Part shown: piece by piece, positions 1-10,666 of the stretch
Layout: each line of letters starts with the position of its first letter
How positions within the stretch are numbered: position 1 is the first letter of the stretch
IMG/VR virus record: IMGVR_UViG_3300005340_000038
Coordinates: 12,362 to 76,361 of that record
DNA: 64,000 nt
Reading direction: 5' to 3' (one strand)
Origin: a virus
Translations under genes and position numbers: made by a program
Notes under the pieces: generated by a model
The model's input: the letters and a program-made list of their open reading frames with translations, nothing else
What the model was told of the DNA's origin: nothing
Databases searched by the model: none

Positions 1-839
1 TCGCCGTACTTGCGGACTAACCCATCACGGTAGCCGGGCGCACTGAGCGGCGAATCCTGAGACCTAAAATGCAGTGCTGTATATTCTGCTCGGTGCTCTT
101 TATGACTCGCGGCGAAAAACCCACGGTTGCGCGTCGGGTTGCCGATCATCAGAACGCGAGAGTTAGGCGATGCTAGCGCACCTTCTGCCGCCTCATAGAT
201 CGTGTCAGGGATACCCGAGCTTTCGTCGAGGATAAACAGCAACTCAGCCGTAAACTCACTCTCATCACCTACTAGGGCATCACCTGATTCACTAACTTCA
301 ACCTCAGACGCATGAAGGCCTTGCAACGCTTCAGGGTTCTCTTTTCGTGCTGTACGAGCAACCGCATACCATTCTCTCGGTGCGCCCAAATCGTAGAGAC
401 GATCATGCGTCAACTCAAACATGTTGGTGACCCACAATCGCTCGTGGTCGCCTCTCTGTCGTGATAGATCACGTGATCGACGACGCCACTTAGCCAGTTC
501 ACCCCAGAGAATGTCATGGAGCTGATGCCCTGACGGCGCTGTACACGCACACCGAGAGAAATCTCGCGTCTCGATGTGCCAGAGGATGATACCCGCTGCA
601 ATCGCATCTTTCCCGATGTTATGGCCAGAGCGGACGCTGACTTTTGCACCTGGAGGCGTGATAGCATCGAGTATCTGTCGTTGCTGCCATGTTGGGTTGA
701 GACCGAGACGTTGCCGACAATACCGCTCAGGGTCGCCATGCCACAAGCGACGAAGCGTCTTGTACGCTTCGTATTGCTCGGCAAAGCCAGCTGGATAAGC
801 CTCGCTAGTCTTTTTCGTCTTTTTGCTTGCTGCGGTCAT
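1..839 (-). CDS. terL: Terminase large subunit, N-terminal ATPase part (runs off the left edge; absent from the ORF track)
   Basis: Manual translation from ATG at 839: MTAASKKTKK...PTWQQRQILDAI...VSVRSGHNIGKD (Walker A)...CTAPSGHQL...LLFILDESSG (Walker B)...LMIGNPTRNRGFF. Overlaps the 3' end of terS. Confidence 0.93.
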   Translation of the reverse strand, partial: MTAASKKTKKTSEAYPAGFAEQYEAYKTLRRLWHGDPERYCRQRLGLNPTWQQRQILDAITPPGAKVSVRSGHNIGKDAIAAGIILWHIETRDFSRCACTAPSGHQLHDILWGELAKWRRRSRDLSRQRGDHERLWVTNMFELTHDRLYDLGAPREWYAVARTARKENPEALQGLHASEVEVSESGDALVGDESEFTAELLFILDESSGIPDTIYEAAEGALASPNSRVLMIGNPTRNRGFFAASHKEHRAEYTALHFRSQDSPLSAPGYRDGLVRKYG

Positions 840-1176
840 AATCCAATAGCCCGGCCAACCCCTGGCCTGATACAGTCATATCAACCTCGGAACGCTCGAC
901 ATAGCCTCGGTCGCGGCCTATCGTTTTGAGCGTGAGCGAGACAGCCCACCCCTCTCCGCGCATGACCGCGTTATACAGGGCTAATTCTGCAACATCGATA
1001 AACTTCCCACGCTCGGCTTTAAGCGCATCAGCCACGATAGGGTATCTATCTCGGTAATCGTAAATCATCTGCGCTGAACAGCCTAACCGCTCAGCAGCAT
1101 GATAAACGCCGCCCTTCATCTCTATCAATGCCTGAGCGACTTGCTCTGGCTGAAATTTTGGTTTGCTGCCAGCCAT
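805..1176 (-). CDS. terS: Terminase small subunit-like HTH protein
   Basis: N-terminal HTH (AAERLGCSAQMIYDY), then FIDVAELALY...WAVSLTLKTIGRDRGYVER. Lies immediately upstream of terL. Confidence 0.75.
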   Translation of the reverse strand: MAGSKPKFQPEQVAQALIEMKGGVYHAAERLGCSAQMIYDYRDRYPIVADALKAERGKFIDVAELALYNAVMRGEGWAVSLTLKTIGRDRGYVERSEVDMTVSGQGLAGLLDYDRSKQKDEKD

Positions 1177-1231
1177 AAATAACTCTCATGCGCGCATAGA
1201 TAACAAAATGATAAATACGAAACCAGCAATC

Positions 1232-2167
1232 TCACTCGACCTGACCTTGCGCAAAGTCAGATTTTTTATTCTGCGCTGACTCAGAGAGCGACTCAACGAG
1301 AAGATTTTTCACAGCTTGGCTCTTGATCTCAGGCTTAGCTTGGACGAGATGCATCCCGAATTCATTTTTTGAATTCTCTAGTGACGCCCAATCGATATCT
1401 TTTCGCCTAATGAGAGGCGTGTCAAAGTGACCCCAAGTATACCGAATAACATGTTGCGGACGCTTGAACCTACGCTTCGTCTCAACGACATACGGCCACT
1501 CTCTCTCAAGGCTACGTGCCATTCTGAGCCTACCGTCACCTTGATATAGTTCTGTCATATTGCCTCCTTTCATCGTCATCGTCGTCATTTTGTCTATGAG
1601 AAAGATATTCGTTAGTATTGTACATAATCCCATAGATAAGACTTGAAGACACAAATCTGTATCTTCGTTGTATCGCCCTCTCCATCTTACACTCATATTA
1701 TTTAATATCAATAAACATGAATAGACGTGGACATTTAAAGTAAATGCGTTAATGCTAGTTTTATCTTTTGCGAAAAACGTATAATTCATTCCCGCTATGC
1801 CAATATTCTCATATCGATCTACAAACTCTTCTATAGCTGAGAATGCAGGCCCTGATGCACATTCTATTCTCCTTGTTTTGTATCTTCTCCGAATCCTCCT
1901 AATGTTGTCATCTAGAATCCAATGCCTATCATGTCCTGAATCTTTTGAATGCTCCCAAATCCAATTTCTAGCAGGTATTGAACCCAATCCTAAGTTACTA
2001 AATGGCAATGTCAAGATATGATGTTTAGATATAGATTTTCTATACAAATGCTCTTCTTGCGGCTCTACTACAATGTAGAACGGCACATTGTCTTTTTCTA
2101 AAAAATTAGCAGTCAGAGGTTTCTCATACCTCCCTTTCGATACTATATAAATAGGATATTTAGTCAT
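1232..2167 (-). CDS. TAGT/GREB1-like GT-A glycosyltransferase, putative DNA base modification
   Basis: Motifs YPIYIVSKGR, IVVEPQE, HWILDDNI (DxD-like), WRGRYNEDTDLCLQVL, TMKGGN. Sits between ParB and the terminase genes. Confidence 0.75.
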   Translation of the reverse strand: MTKYPIYIVSKGRYEKPLTANFLEKDNVPFYIVVEPQEEHLYRKSISKHHILTLPFSNLGLGSIPARNWIWEHSKDSGHDRHWILDDNIRRIRRRYKTRRIECASGPAFSAIEEFVDRYENIGIAGMNYTFFAKDKTSINAFTLNVHVYSCLLILNNMSVRWRGRYNEDTDLCLQVLSMGLCTILTNIFLIDKMTTMTMKGGNMTELYQGDGRLRMARSLEREWPYVVETKRRFKRPQHVIRYTWGHFDTPLIRRKDIDWASLENSKNEFGMHLVQAKPEIKSQAVKNLLVESLSESAQNKKSDFAQGQVE

Positions 2168-2170
2168 TTT

Positions 2171-3238
2171 TTACTCATTGAATCTTAAAGAAGCTATATC
2201 TTCTCTTTCAGTATAAGGCCACCTCGTACTCCAGGTCTTAGAAGATTTGTAATCTATTATAATGCCATTTTCTTCTACAAATCTTTCTCTGTCTGACTCA
2301 TTATTAAAATTCATGATTATTTTGAAGTATTCTTCGCCTGTATCATAGTCTGGCATCCCCATCCACTCAGCCGCTTCATTCTTATCTCTAATTTCACTCT
2401 CTGGCCTAGTCACCATAAGTAGTGCACTCAATTGCTCTTCATTGAATCCAGAGCCAATAAGCCCATCAGCATCATTGCCGAGAATAGATTTAAGCATCTC
2501 AGTCAATTTTCTATCATCTACTATCGCATAATGAGAAATTTCATTATCACTAACAAGAACTTTTAGAGCGCGAGTATCTAGCGAATCGATGTCGAGTATA
2601 ATAGCCGGAACATATTTTTTACCCATTTTCTTAGATGCCTCAACAACACCGTGCCCAGCTAGTATCGTATAGTCTCTAGAGACAATCACATTTCTATAAT
2701 ATCCGTTTTTCTTTATGCTATGTATGATATGATCAATTTGGTCATCAGGATGCTCTTTATAATTATTAGGATGCTTCTTCAAGTCTGAAATTTTCAATCG
2801 TGCTACCATGAATGGGTCTACAGAAGAAAAATAAACTTGGTCTAAAGTTTCTCGAATGTAACTACTATTTGTTGAGAAATCTTTTAGTAATTTTTCTAAT
2901 TGATCCGAGCTAGATTCTGCTAAAGCCGTAATAGGGTCAAGAGACAATAGAATCAGCTTTTCTTCTTCTTCGCTCAACTCCACATAGACGACAGGGACTT
3001 CTTTGGCTTTTTGCTCTAATGCAAGCGCCACACGGAGATGGCCATCAATGAGATGGTTGGTTGTCTTGTTCACCACGACTTGCTGTACCCACCCTACATC
3101 GCGGAGGACATCGTTGAGTACAGCTTTCTGCGTCTCGGGGTGAACGCGCCAATTGAGCGGGTGCGTCATCTTGCTCAGGTCTTTAGGCGATTCTGCGCCA
3201 TGCCCTACAATGCGGTTCGTATATGATGAGTCGGCCAT
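2171..3238 (-). CDS. Tandem ParB/Srx-like domain protein of the terminase locus
   Basis: Two ParB-like domains: HPLNWRVH...LIDGHLRV and HPNNYKEH...ILAGHGVVEA. Confidence 0.8.
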   Translation of the reverse strand: MADSSYTNRIVGHGAESPKDLSKMTHPLNWRVHPETQKAVLNDVLRDVGWVQQVVVNKTTNHLIDGHLRVALALEQKAKEVPVVYVELSEEEEKLILLSLDPITALAESSSDQLEKLLKDFSTNSSYIRETLDQVYFSSVDPFMVARLKISDLKKHPNNYKEHPDDQIDHIIHSIKKNGYYRNVIVSRDYTILAGHGVVEASKKMGKKYVPAIILDIDSLDTRALKVLVSDNEISHYAIVDDRKLTEMLKSILGNDADGLIGSGFNEEQLSALLMVTRPESEIRDKNEAAEWMGMPDYDTGEEYFKIIMNFNNESDRERFVEENGIIIDYKSSKTWSTRWPYTEREDIASLRFNE

Positions 3239-5674
3239 CTACTTCCCTGTCCCTGGACTGCTTGACATACCACCTGATGCCTTACTCACTAGCACCGTTG
3301 ACGTGTTGCTATATACATATTCACCACCGCTTGTGCGGCCTCTTGCCTGCCACCGGTGTGGGCCATTCGATACAAACTCGGTATTCCATTCGATTGCATA
3401 CGGCGGGTCGATATCCTCATCACCGTAATCCGCATCATCCATCAGAAATGTCACTCCGACAATATCGCCGGTAGCTGTGACCGTGATAGGTATATCCTCA
3501 ACATCATTAAACATCGCACCGTCATGAGGGGCATCGAGTGCAACCGATGGCTGCGAAACTACAACTGGCATCGCTGAGACTTCAGACGAGTTCGTACTCT
3601 CAGCACCGTTATCAGATGATATAACATAATAGTATGTTATATCATTTGATACATCATAATCATTATATAATGTCCCGCCAACTCTAGCAATCTCAGTGTA
3701 TGGGCCGCCCTGGATCGTGCCCCGCTTGACATGATAACTCGTCGAGTCGCCTACTTCTGACCATCCAATCGTAATCACGCCGCCACTTGCCGATGCGGTG
3801 ACGGTTTGAGGTGCTACGGGCAGGTTCGACTGGATCTCTGGCATCGCGCTAACTTGAGAAGAAACAACACTTTCTGCGCCATTGCGTACAGTGATGATGA
3901 CGTAGTAATAGGTCGTGCCGTTGGTGACAGAGCTATTGGTATACTGGTTGATCGAGGGCTGTGCAATCTCGGTGTAAGGGCCACCCGAGACGGTACCGCG
4001 CTTGACACGGTAAAATGTTGCGCCTGCGACGCTGTCCCACGACAGAGCGACCTGGCCGTTACCTGCCATAGCGACAACATTACTAGGAGCGGGAGGTATC
4101 GTCGGCGGGTCACAGGTCGTCGTCACGCTAGTTCCATAGGTCGAGCCGATGCGATCCGTACTACATGCGCTGAGATGAAGCGCGCCTATCGTCGTGCCGT
4201 CGGTAGCCAGAATGCGGGCATTAGAGAGCGTGTCAGGCGTGAGGTCACCACCTGAGTAGAAACGCGGTCGCCAATCCTCATTGAGTGACCCCGCATCACA
4301 GTTGCACAGAGCGCGCCAGGCATCGAGCGTAGAAAAGTCGGCATCGCTCGCTTGCCCCGATTTGTTCCACGCGCCCACGCGATTGGTTGGCGTGACAGAC
4401 GGGCCGACCCAGTAGATGTTACGGTCTACGCCTGTCGCATCGCCAAATGTACTGCGCGTGTGCACCGCGCCATTGCCGTTGTTGACGCTATTGCCGACCA
4501 TGCAGAGGTTGTACTGAGCGGTGAGCGGCGTGCCCTGGTGGAGTAGCATGCATGTGGCGACATCAACGATGGTGTTATGTGTAAAGCTACCGGCGTTGCC
4601 TGATGTCTCAAGGCGATAACCAAGCGGCCAGCCATTGATGACGTTGTAGCGGTAGGTGTTGCCATAGGCGCGAGAGCCGTTATAGATGGCGGCACGGTCT
4701 ATTTCGTCGGAGTTACCGAGCACAGTGAATTCATAGCCGACTGCATCGACGATAGGCTTATTGCTGATGTAGTTGTATTCAGCAATATTACTCTCTGCGC
4801 CGTTTTCGATGTAAATACCATGATTTGACATGCCGCTCAGCGTGCCAAGCGCCGAGCAGGTTTGCGCGTCGAGCGACTCGATGGCGTTTTGCCGAATGGT
4901 GATGCCGGTTGACTCGCCTGAGACGTGGATACCTGTCACGGTCGCCTTGCCATCGCTGCCTACCGCACATATGCCGTTCTGAATGCCGTTGTTCTCAATC
5001 GTGCCGTCCTTGATACCCGCAACGCGAATGCCCTCTACGATATAGCCGTAGATCGTATTGTCCTTGATGACGACATTACGAATCCATTTTTCATCAGGGC
5101 AGGTATTCTGCCCGCTATCGCACTGATTCGCGGTGTTATCGATGTTGATGACGCGCGATTTCTCATAGCTCACGGGGCCGCTCGATGTGCCCCAATTTGT
5201 GAACGTGTTGCCCTGAATGGTGATGTTTCGGCTATTGGTCGCAGACGTCGTATTGATCATCGAGAGCGCGAAATGGCTTGTGGTTTTGCCCGTACAAGCG
5301 AATGTCAGCCCCTGGATGGTGACGTTGTTATTGTTCGCGAGATTGATTGACCCCTGAAAATTCCCCAGGTTGCCGTTGCATAGGATGGGCACATGACCCG
5401 GAGACGGTTCAATCACAATGGGATTGCCGTCGCATCCCGATTTCGTGAGAGTCGCTTGCCCGGAATACTCACCCGTCGAGGACATGATACGGATATGGTC
5501 ACCACATCCTAACGTGCTGAGGTTAAATGCGTTTTGGATGCTGCAAAACGGCGAGGATGCAGAGCCGAGGCCGGGGCAGGCGTTGTCTCGGTCCACATAA
5601 ATATCAGAGGCACGCGCCAGTCCGGTGCAGGCTAGCATCACGATACAGAGGGTGATATAGGCATATCGTTGCAT
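3239..5674 (-). CDS. Exported-type right-handed beta-helix protein with two FN3 domains and a C-terminal Ig-like domain
   Basis: N-terminal signal peptide (..LARA-S), DIYVD/SPFCSIQNA start motif, Asn-rich parallel beta-helix, two FN3 repeats (LSWDSV..YRVKRGT..YYYVI), Big-like C-terminus. Confidence 0.75.
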   Translation of the reverse strand: MQRYAYITLCIVMLACTGLARASDIYVDRDNACPGLGSASSPFCSIQNAFNLSTLGCGDHIRIMSSTGEYSGQATLTKSGCDGNPIVIEPSPGHVPILCNGNLGNFQGSINLANNNNVTIQGLTFACTGKTTSHFALSMINTTSATNSRNITIQGNTFTNWGTSSGPVSYEKSRVINIDNTANQCDSGQNTCPDEKWIRNVVIKDNTIYGYIVEGIRVAGIKDGTIENNGIQNGICAVGSDGKATVTGIHVSGESTGITIRQNAIESLDAQTCSALGTLSGMSNHGIYIENGAESNIAEYNYISNKPIVDAVGYEFTVLGNSDEIDRAAIYNGSRAYGNTYRYNVINGWPLGYRLETSGNAGSFTHNTIVDVATCMLLHQGTPLTAQYNLCMVGNSVNNGNGAVHTRSTFGDATGVDRNIYWVGPSVTPTNRVGAWNKSGQASDADFSTLDAWRALCNCDAGSLNEDWRPRFYSGGDLTPDTLSNARILATDGTTIGALHLSACSTDRIGSTYGTSVTTTCDPPTIPPAPSNVVAMAGNGQVALSWDSVAGATFYRVKRGTVSGGPYTEIAQPSINQYTNSSVTNGTTYYYVIITVRNGAESVVSSQVSAMPEIQSNLPVAPQTVTASASGGVITIGWSEVGDSTSYHVKRGTIQGGPYTEIARVGGTLYNDYDVSNDITYYYVISSDNGAESTNSSEVSAMPVVVSQPSVALDAPHDGAMFNDVEDIPITVTATGDIVGVTFLMDDADYGDEDIDPPYAIEWNTEFVSNGPHRWQARGRTSGGEYVYSNTSTVLVSKASGGMSSSPGTGK

Positions 5675-5684
5675 CGCTGTGCCT

Positions 5685-8600
5685 CTAGTTGGGGATATGG
5701 TTCCAGATAAATTGACTGGTAGTCGCAGTCGGTGATATGACCGGCGTGCCCCACCCCGCGATAATGACCTTGTTTACTGTCGGTGCAACGGTCGTATAGT
5801 TCACTCTAAAGCCATCGTCTGTGTAGGCGTTAAGCGTCCCGCTGACGATGACAGTCCCGCTATCGTTGAGTATCTCGTAGAAGCGATCCGCCACACGCGA
5901 CCGCGTAACGGTAGGGGATACATCGTCTTTTTCAAGGAATGATGCGGTGGTATTCGTCCCGGAGGCATCGCTGAACATCAGGCTATACGCACCCGCATTG
6001 CTATTGTCGATCACGTTCGCCGTGGTCATCGATGCGCCAATGCCCCGGATGGCTAGGGGCTTAAAGCTGAACCCGCCATGATTGGAAAGACCTGTCGTCG
6101 TTGGCGTATCAATGATTTGTATCTCAGGGGTGGATGTCGGTGCCATGTCAAAGGCGAGGAAATAGAGCGAGTGGTCCTGGCTCACGACATTAGACCGCAC
6201 AGAGAACCCCTGCGAGGTAAACGACTCGACTGAGGCTCTCAGGATATAGCTATAACACCCCGATGTCGGCACGGTCCAGGCATTACTAGTATCGATAACC
6301 CCATAGATGTCTGTGGGGTTAGAGGCCAGCGTAGACCTGACGCCATAGGCTGATTGTGTAACGTTGGCTCCGTCATTCGCTGCGAACCCGAGCGATTGCC
6401 GGTAGTTCGTTTGTGACAGTGGCCCCAGCGTGCTTTGCAGCGATGCGCTCGCGGCGATGAGGAAGTTGGCTTCAAAGCCCACGTTGTTGACGAGGGTCGT
6501 GCCGCCGGTCGTCGTATTCATGATCAAGCCACCAGCGAATGTAGCTTTGATGTCAGTGCCGCCATAGAAATCGACGATCATTTGATACGGCGCGGCTGCG
6601 GCTTGCGACCAACTAAGCTCAATGCCGTCTGTCACGTATCTCGACACAGCCGCAATGCCCTGCGTCGTAGCATCAACGGCGGCATTCTCCATGCGGATGA
6701 TGGCATTGTCGCCAGAGGCGCGGCGTGTAGCAACAGTGGCACTGGCGTCTTTGCTCGCTGCCCCGATGTACCACTGGTGCCCCTGGTTGTCAGCACATCC
6801 ATACGATATGCGGAACGGAGCTACTGTAGAATTGGTGGACGTAGCCGACGATACCGTGATACATACGGCTGATGGCGTACCTATACCGGGGATAGTAATC
6901 GACTGCGTACCCACCACGGTAGATGCGGATTGCCGTTTATGCTGCACGACCAGAGGCGATGGAGGTGCAACAACGGGCTGTGCCTCAATCGCGCCGATGT
7001 CGCATGCGCCGCCGGACGGCTTGGGACGATATCCACCGGTAAAATCCGTGGAGTAGCCCGTAACGCACGTACCCGCGTCACGCGCTGGGCTGAGCGCACC
7101 CAGGCCGAAGTTGCCGCTCGAAGGGCTAAGCCAGAGCGGGTTAGCCGTCAGGTTATGGTCTTGCGTAATGCCAGAGCCAGTAATGGCCCCGCTGCTGTTT
7201 CCGTACATGATGGTATTAGACACAGTAGTAGACGTGACGCCAGAGCCGACGAATATGCCCCACTGACTATTGTTGCCGATGGAGTTGTAGTAGAGTTGTT
7301 GCGTGCTCACGCCTGAATCAACGAGGTTGACACCGGATAATGTATTGGCATAGATGAGATTGTTATAGAAAATGTTGTTCGAGCCCTCGTCGATGAGAAT
7401 ACCATTTTGCCCGTTATTACTAATCCGGTTGCGGAAATAAACGCCGTTGCTGGGTGATGATGTGGCCTCATTGAACAGATAGAGGCCGTTTTGGGTATTG
7501 GATTGAATCGTGTTGTCAAAAATCGTGTTATTGACACCACTTACGCCTATACCCGTGCGATTGTGATGGATATAGAGGCTCGATAGTGTATTGTCGCTAG
7601 ACCCTGCCCGCAGATGAACGCCGCCACCTAGAGCTGCGTTGGCAACCTCAAAATTCTCCAAGATGAGATGGTCTGCTGAACTACCGGTCGTGCCTTCATA
7701 CCCCTCGGCCACGACATTATCACCCGTTACGTGAGCGCCATCGAACAGCAGATAGCCGCCGCTGCCGCTCACGCGCACATAGATCGAGTTGTCCGTGATC
7801 GTCAGAACATGCAACCCCGAGTTGGGGCGCACGATAACATTGGCGTTGTCTGCTACCAGAAGCGAGTAAATACCTGAGTCGGTGGCATCGTTACCAAATT
7901 TGCTAGCAATCGTGAGATTTTCGGCATACGTACCAGAATTGATAATGCATTTGTCGCCTGGAGATGCGAGGGCATTGATGCAATGCTGGATCGTAAGGAA
8001 AGGGGTTCCCACATCGCCATTATTACTATCGCTACTGCCCGTTTTGGCAACATAAAAGGTGTGGATGGTTGGTCCGCCGCCGCCTCCACCGCCACCACCC
8101 CCACCTCCTGTAGAGCCTCGCTCATAGGCACCTGCGTCATACTTGGAGCCGACAGGGCGTGCACCGCCTGTAATATCAGTAGTGATGCCACCGACCTGAT
8201 TGTAGGCATCAACCGCCGCATTAGTCCCAGACTTGAGGGAAAAGTCGTTGCCTGCTGCGTTGTTGAACATTGCTGATGAGCCTGTGATATTCCCTGATAC
8301 ACAGCTCCCACTTTGGCAGATATTGTTTTGAACAAGGTCCGACAAAGTCGTGTTCTTGTCGCATGCTGCTATACCAGCGCAGCCGTTCGGGTTAGCGAAA
8401 CCTTCAGAGTTGTTATAGCACGTATTATGGTAAGCGCGCGATGTATCATCATGCAGAGATAGACACCACGAAGTATTTCCAGCTATGACGTTATTATATG
8501 CCGTTACGCCCCTGCCAATAGAGAGCGCGTCGCCTCTGACGATGCACCCGTTAGGGTCTGTGCACCCATAACACTTATCGGGGTGCGTGACCTTGCTAGT

Positions 8601-9551
8601 TAAAATGAGATTGTTGCGGATAATGCCATTCGCTAATCCGCCAGGCCCATTCACCCCATCATCGCGGCCATTAGAGAAAGCTCCTAAATCATCATTCATC
8701 GGGTTGTCGTGGATATAATTGCCATCGACAATAAAATCGTGGGCACGTTCCTTGATGTCAATCGCCTCTTTGCGTGTACCCTTAATCTCATTGCGGAGAA
8801 TCTGGAAATTATAGCTCCCCATCTTTGATTCAGTAGAGTCAGAGATGTAGATACCCTCGCCCGACCCACCATCTGGGCAGTCAGGAACCTCACCACTATC
8901 CTGAATCAGATTGTCCGAAATTTCAAAGTCGTGGGGCTCAGCCCCTGAAACTGTCCCGCTATCGTCGCTATTGGCCCTATCAACTTTAATGCCATTCCAG
9001 TCATTCTTTTCGATCCAATTCCATCTAAAGATAAAATGGTCAGCCCCATTGCGGAGACGAATGCGGAACAATCTTTTGAAATGAATGTGCTCAACAATGA
9101 ACCAATCTCGATTGTCCCAGTTTGGGTCTAATTTGCCTTGATATGTGCAGCAAAAATCCCACTGAATAATCGGCATTGCACCGGAACCAAATGACCCAAA
9201 TATCGTATAGTTGCCAGATGTGCCAGAGGGCATAATAGTGAACTTGGGGTCTGAGTTGGTCCAAACAGACCCGCGCTCAAAGAGCATGCAATCGCCAGGT
9301 CCCCACTTAGTCCGCATTTTAGTGAACGTACTACATTTCTGAGATGCGCTATCGCAAGAATTATTATCACTCGCACCCGATAGCGTCGAAAAATACCACT
9401 TATCGCCATGGCACTGAGATAAATCCGTATTTTGCCCATTGTCGGCCCAGGCGCTGAATGGTGGAGCAGCATGAGTTTTAATGGCACAAATGCAGAGCGC
9501 GAGTATAGCGAGAAAGATAAACTGTGAGATGACGACAATGCGGCGCGGCAT
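5685..9551 (-). CDS. Large exported-type protein with two beta-helix modules joined by a poly-Gly linker, plus a virion-like C-terminal domain
   Basis: Signal peptide (..KTHA-A). Two beta-helix modules, each ending in a D(A/I)GA(Y/I)E motif, with a run of glycines between them. Confidence 0.75.
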   Translation of the reverse strand: MPRRIVVISQFIFLAILALCICAIKTHAAPPFSAWADNGQNTDLSQCHGDKWYFSTLSGASDNNSCDSASQKCSTFTKMRTKWGPGDCMLFERGSVWTNSDPKFTIMPSGTSGNYTIFGSFGSGAMPIIQWDFCCTYQGKLDPNWDNRDWFIVEHIHFKRLFRIRLRNGADHFIFRWNWIEKNDWNGIKVDRANSDDSGTVSGAEPHDFEISDNLIQDSGEVPDCPDGGSGEGIYISDSTESKMGSYNFQILRNEIKGTRKEAIDIKERAHDFIVDGNYIHDNPMNDDLGAFSNGRDDGVNGPGGLANGIIRNNLILTSKVTHPDKCYGCTDPNGCIVRGDALSIGRGVTAYNNVIAGNTSWCLSLHDDTSRAYHNTCYNNSEGFANPNGCAGIAACDKNTTLSDLVQNNICQSGSCVSGNITGSSAMFNNAAGNDFSLKSGTNAAVDAYNQVGGITTDITGGARPVGSKYDAGAYERGSTGGGGGGGGGGGGPTIHTFYVAKTGSSDSNNGDVGTPFLTIQHCINALASPGDKCIINSGTYAENLTIASKFGNDATDSGIYSLLVADNANVIVRPNSGLHVLTITDNSIYVRVSGSGGYLLFDGAHVTGDNVVAEGYEGTTGSSADHLILENFEVANAALGGGVHLRAGSSDNTLSSLYIHHNRTGIGVSGVNNTIFDNTIQSNTQNGLYLFNEATSSPSNGVYFRNRISNNGQNGILIDEGSNNIFYNNLIYANTLSGVNLVDSGVSTQQLYYNSIGNNSQWGIFVGSGVTSTTVSNTIMYGNSSGAITGSGITQDHNLTANPLWLSPSSGNFGLGALSPARDAGTCVTGYSTDFTGGYRPKPSGGACDIGAIEAQPVVAPPSPLVVQHKRQSASTVVGTQSITIPGIGTPSAVCITVSSATSTNSTVAPFRISYGCADNQGHQWYIGAASKDASATVATRRASGDNAIIRMENAAVDATTQGIAAVSRYVTDGIELSWSQAAAAPYQMIVDFYGGTDIKATFAGGLIMNTTTGGTTLVNNVGFEANFLIAASASLQSTLGPLSQTNYRQSLGFAANDGANVTQSAYGVRSTLASNPTDIYGVIDTSNAWTVPTSGCYSYILRASVESFTSQGFSVRSNVVSQDHSLYFLAFDMAPTSTPEIQIIDTPTTTGLSNHGGFSFKPLAIRGIGASMTTANVIDNSNAGAYSLMFSDASGTNTTASFLEKDDVSPTVTRSRVADRFYEILNDSGTVIVSGTLNAYTDDGFRVNYTTVAPTVNKVIIAGWGTPVISPTATTSQFIWNHIPN

Positions 9552-10666
9552 TACTGGTCACTCCACGAGTCATGAAGCACCTCGGCCACGGCGCTGATAA
9601 GCTGGACATGAGAGGTATCTGCTGTGGTACCCGAGCCCTGCACCGCGCGGACGTAGAGCATGTCCCCCTTAGCGCACGGGCCATTGGGTAGAAACGCGGC
9701 AGTTGTGAACTTAAAATGCTGGTTCTGGCTCACGGGAAAGGAGACAAAACTGACTGTGATAGTCGGAGCCGCAGCCCACAGCGAATTGTATACATCGCCT
9801 GACCCTCGGCACTGCGCTGCGATATCCCAAACCATTGTCGTCGATGTGAGTGCGATATCCGATTTAGCATGTATCGTAATGGTCATGGGCTGATTGGGCG
9901 CAATCGATTGACGGAGCGGCGAATTGAAATGGAAATGTGAATTGATCGACGTTGGGCATGTCACAATGATCGACTCAGGGCCTCCCGAAGCCAGCGCAAT
10001 CTCAGACCGCGCGCATGCAGAACTCGCGATGTACCATGACCCCGCTGGGAATATATAGGGGTGATACTCACGCGCGCCGAGGAATAGCGTGGTTTGGCCT
10101 GTGGAGGTCGTTGTGCGAAGCGGTGCCCCTGCACCGAGAATGTTCCCAACCTGGCCATTAGGTATGTTGAGGTTAAATCCCCCATCTCGACCCCCGGTGA
10201 TGCTACTAATCGTGCAACCATTCGTCGGATCAAACCAAAATCGGCACTCATTCTCTTCGTTTGGGCCGATAGCAAAATAATTGGCAGAGTCTACCGCAGT
10301 TGATATGCGGGGATTGACGAGGAAATTCTCTTCCAACCCTTGAGCCGGTGCACCTCCACTACCCCCACCACTCTCTAATACCCATGCGCTATTGATGCAT
10401 AGATAGCTCTGCGCCACACCCGCATTGTTGACCTTGCGAGACGTACCCGTCGTGCACGCACCGGTAGGCACAGCGCTATACATCGGCGGGACTTTGCTGG
10501 AGCCGTCTGTGTTCCACACGTCGCCGCCCTGAACATTCGCGCCCTGCTTAGGCGGGGTAAACGTCTGAGCGTAAGCCGTATTAGGGAATCGTAGTACGAC
10601 CGCCAAACTCAATAATATCAGTACCCGTATGCCAGAGCATAAGGCTGGAGAATCGCGTAATTTCAA
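9551..10666 (-). CDS. Hypothetical protein with signal peptide, possibly a fibre or structural protein
   Basis: Hydrophobic N-terminus ending AYA-Q; Gly/Thr/Ser-rich; stop overlaps the next start. Start uncertain (86-nt overlap with the upstream ORF). Confidence 0.55.
   Translation of the reverse strand: MKLRDSPALCSGIRVLILLSLAVVLRFPNTAYAQTFTPPKQGANVQGGDVWNTDGSSKVPPMYSAVPTGACTTGTSRKVNNAGVAQSYLCINSAWVLESGGGSGGAPAQGLEENFLVNPRISTAVDSANYFAIGPNEENECRFWFDPTNGCTISSITGGRDGGFNLNIPNGQVGNILGAGAPLRTTTSTGQTTLFLGAREYHPYIFPAGSWYIASSACARSEIALASGGPESIIVTCPTSINSHFHFNSPLRQSIAPNQPMTITIHAKSDIALTSTTMVWDIAAQCRGSGDVYNSLWAAAPTITVSFVSFPVSQNQHFKFTTAAFLPNGPCAKGDMLYVRAVQGSGTTADTSHVQLISAVAEVLHDSWSDQ

Noticed and set aside
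410-929. ORFs 410-784, 574-798 and 576-929
   Set aside because: Shadow frames of the terminase large subunit, which the ORF track missed because it runs off the edge.
8069-8110. CCG/CCA-rich repeat
   Set aside because: It encodes the poly-Gly linker of the 1288-aa protein.
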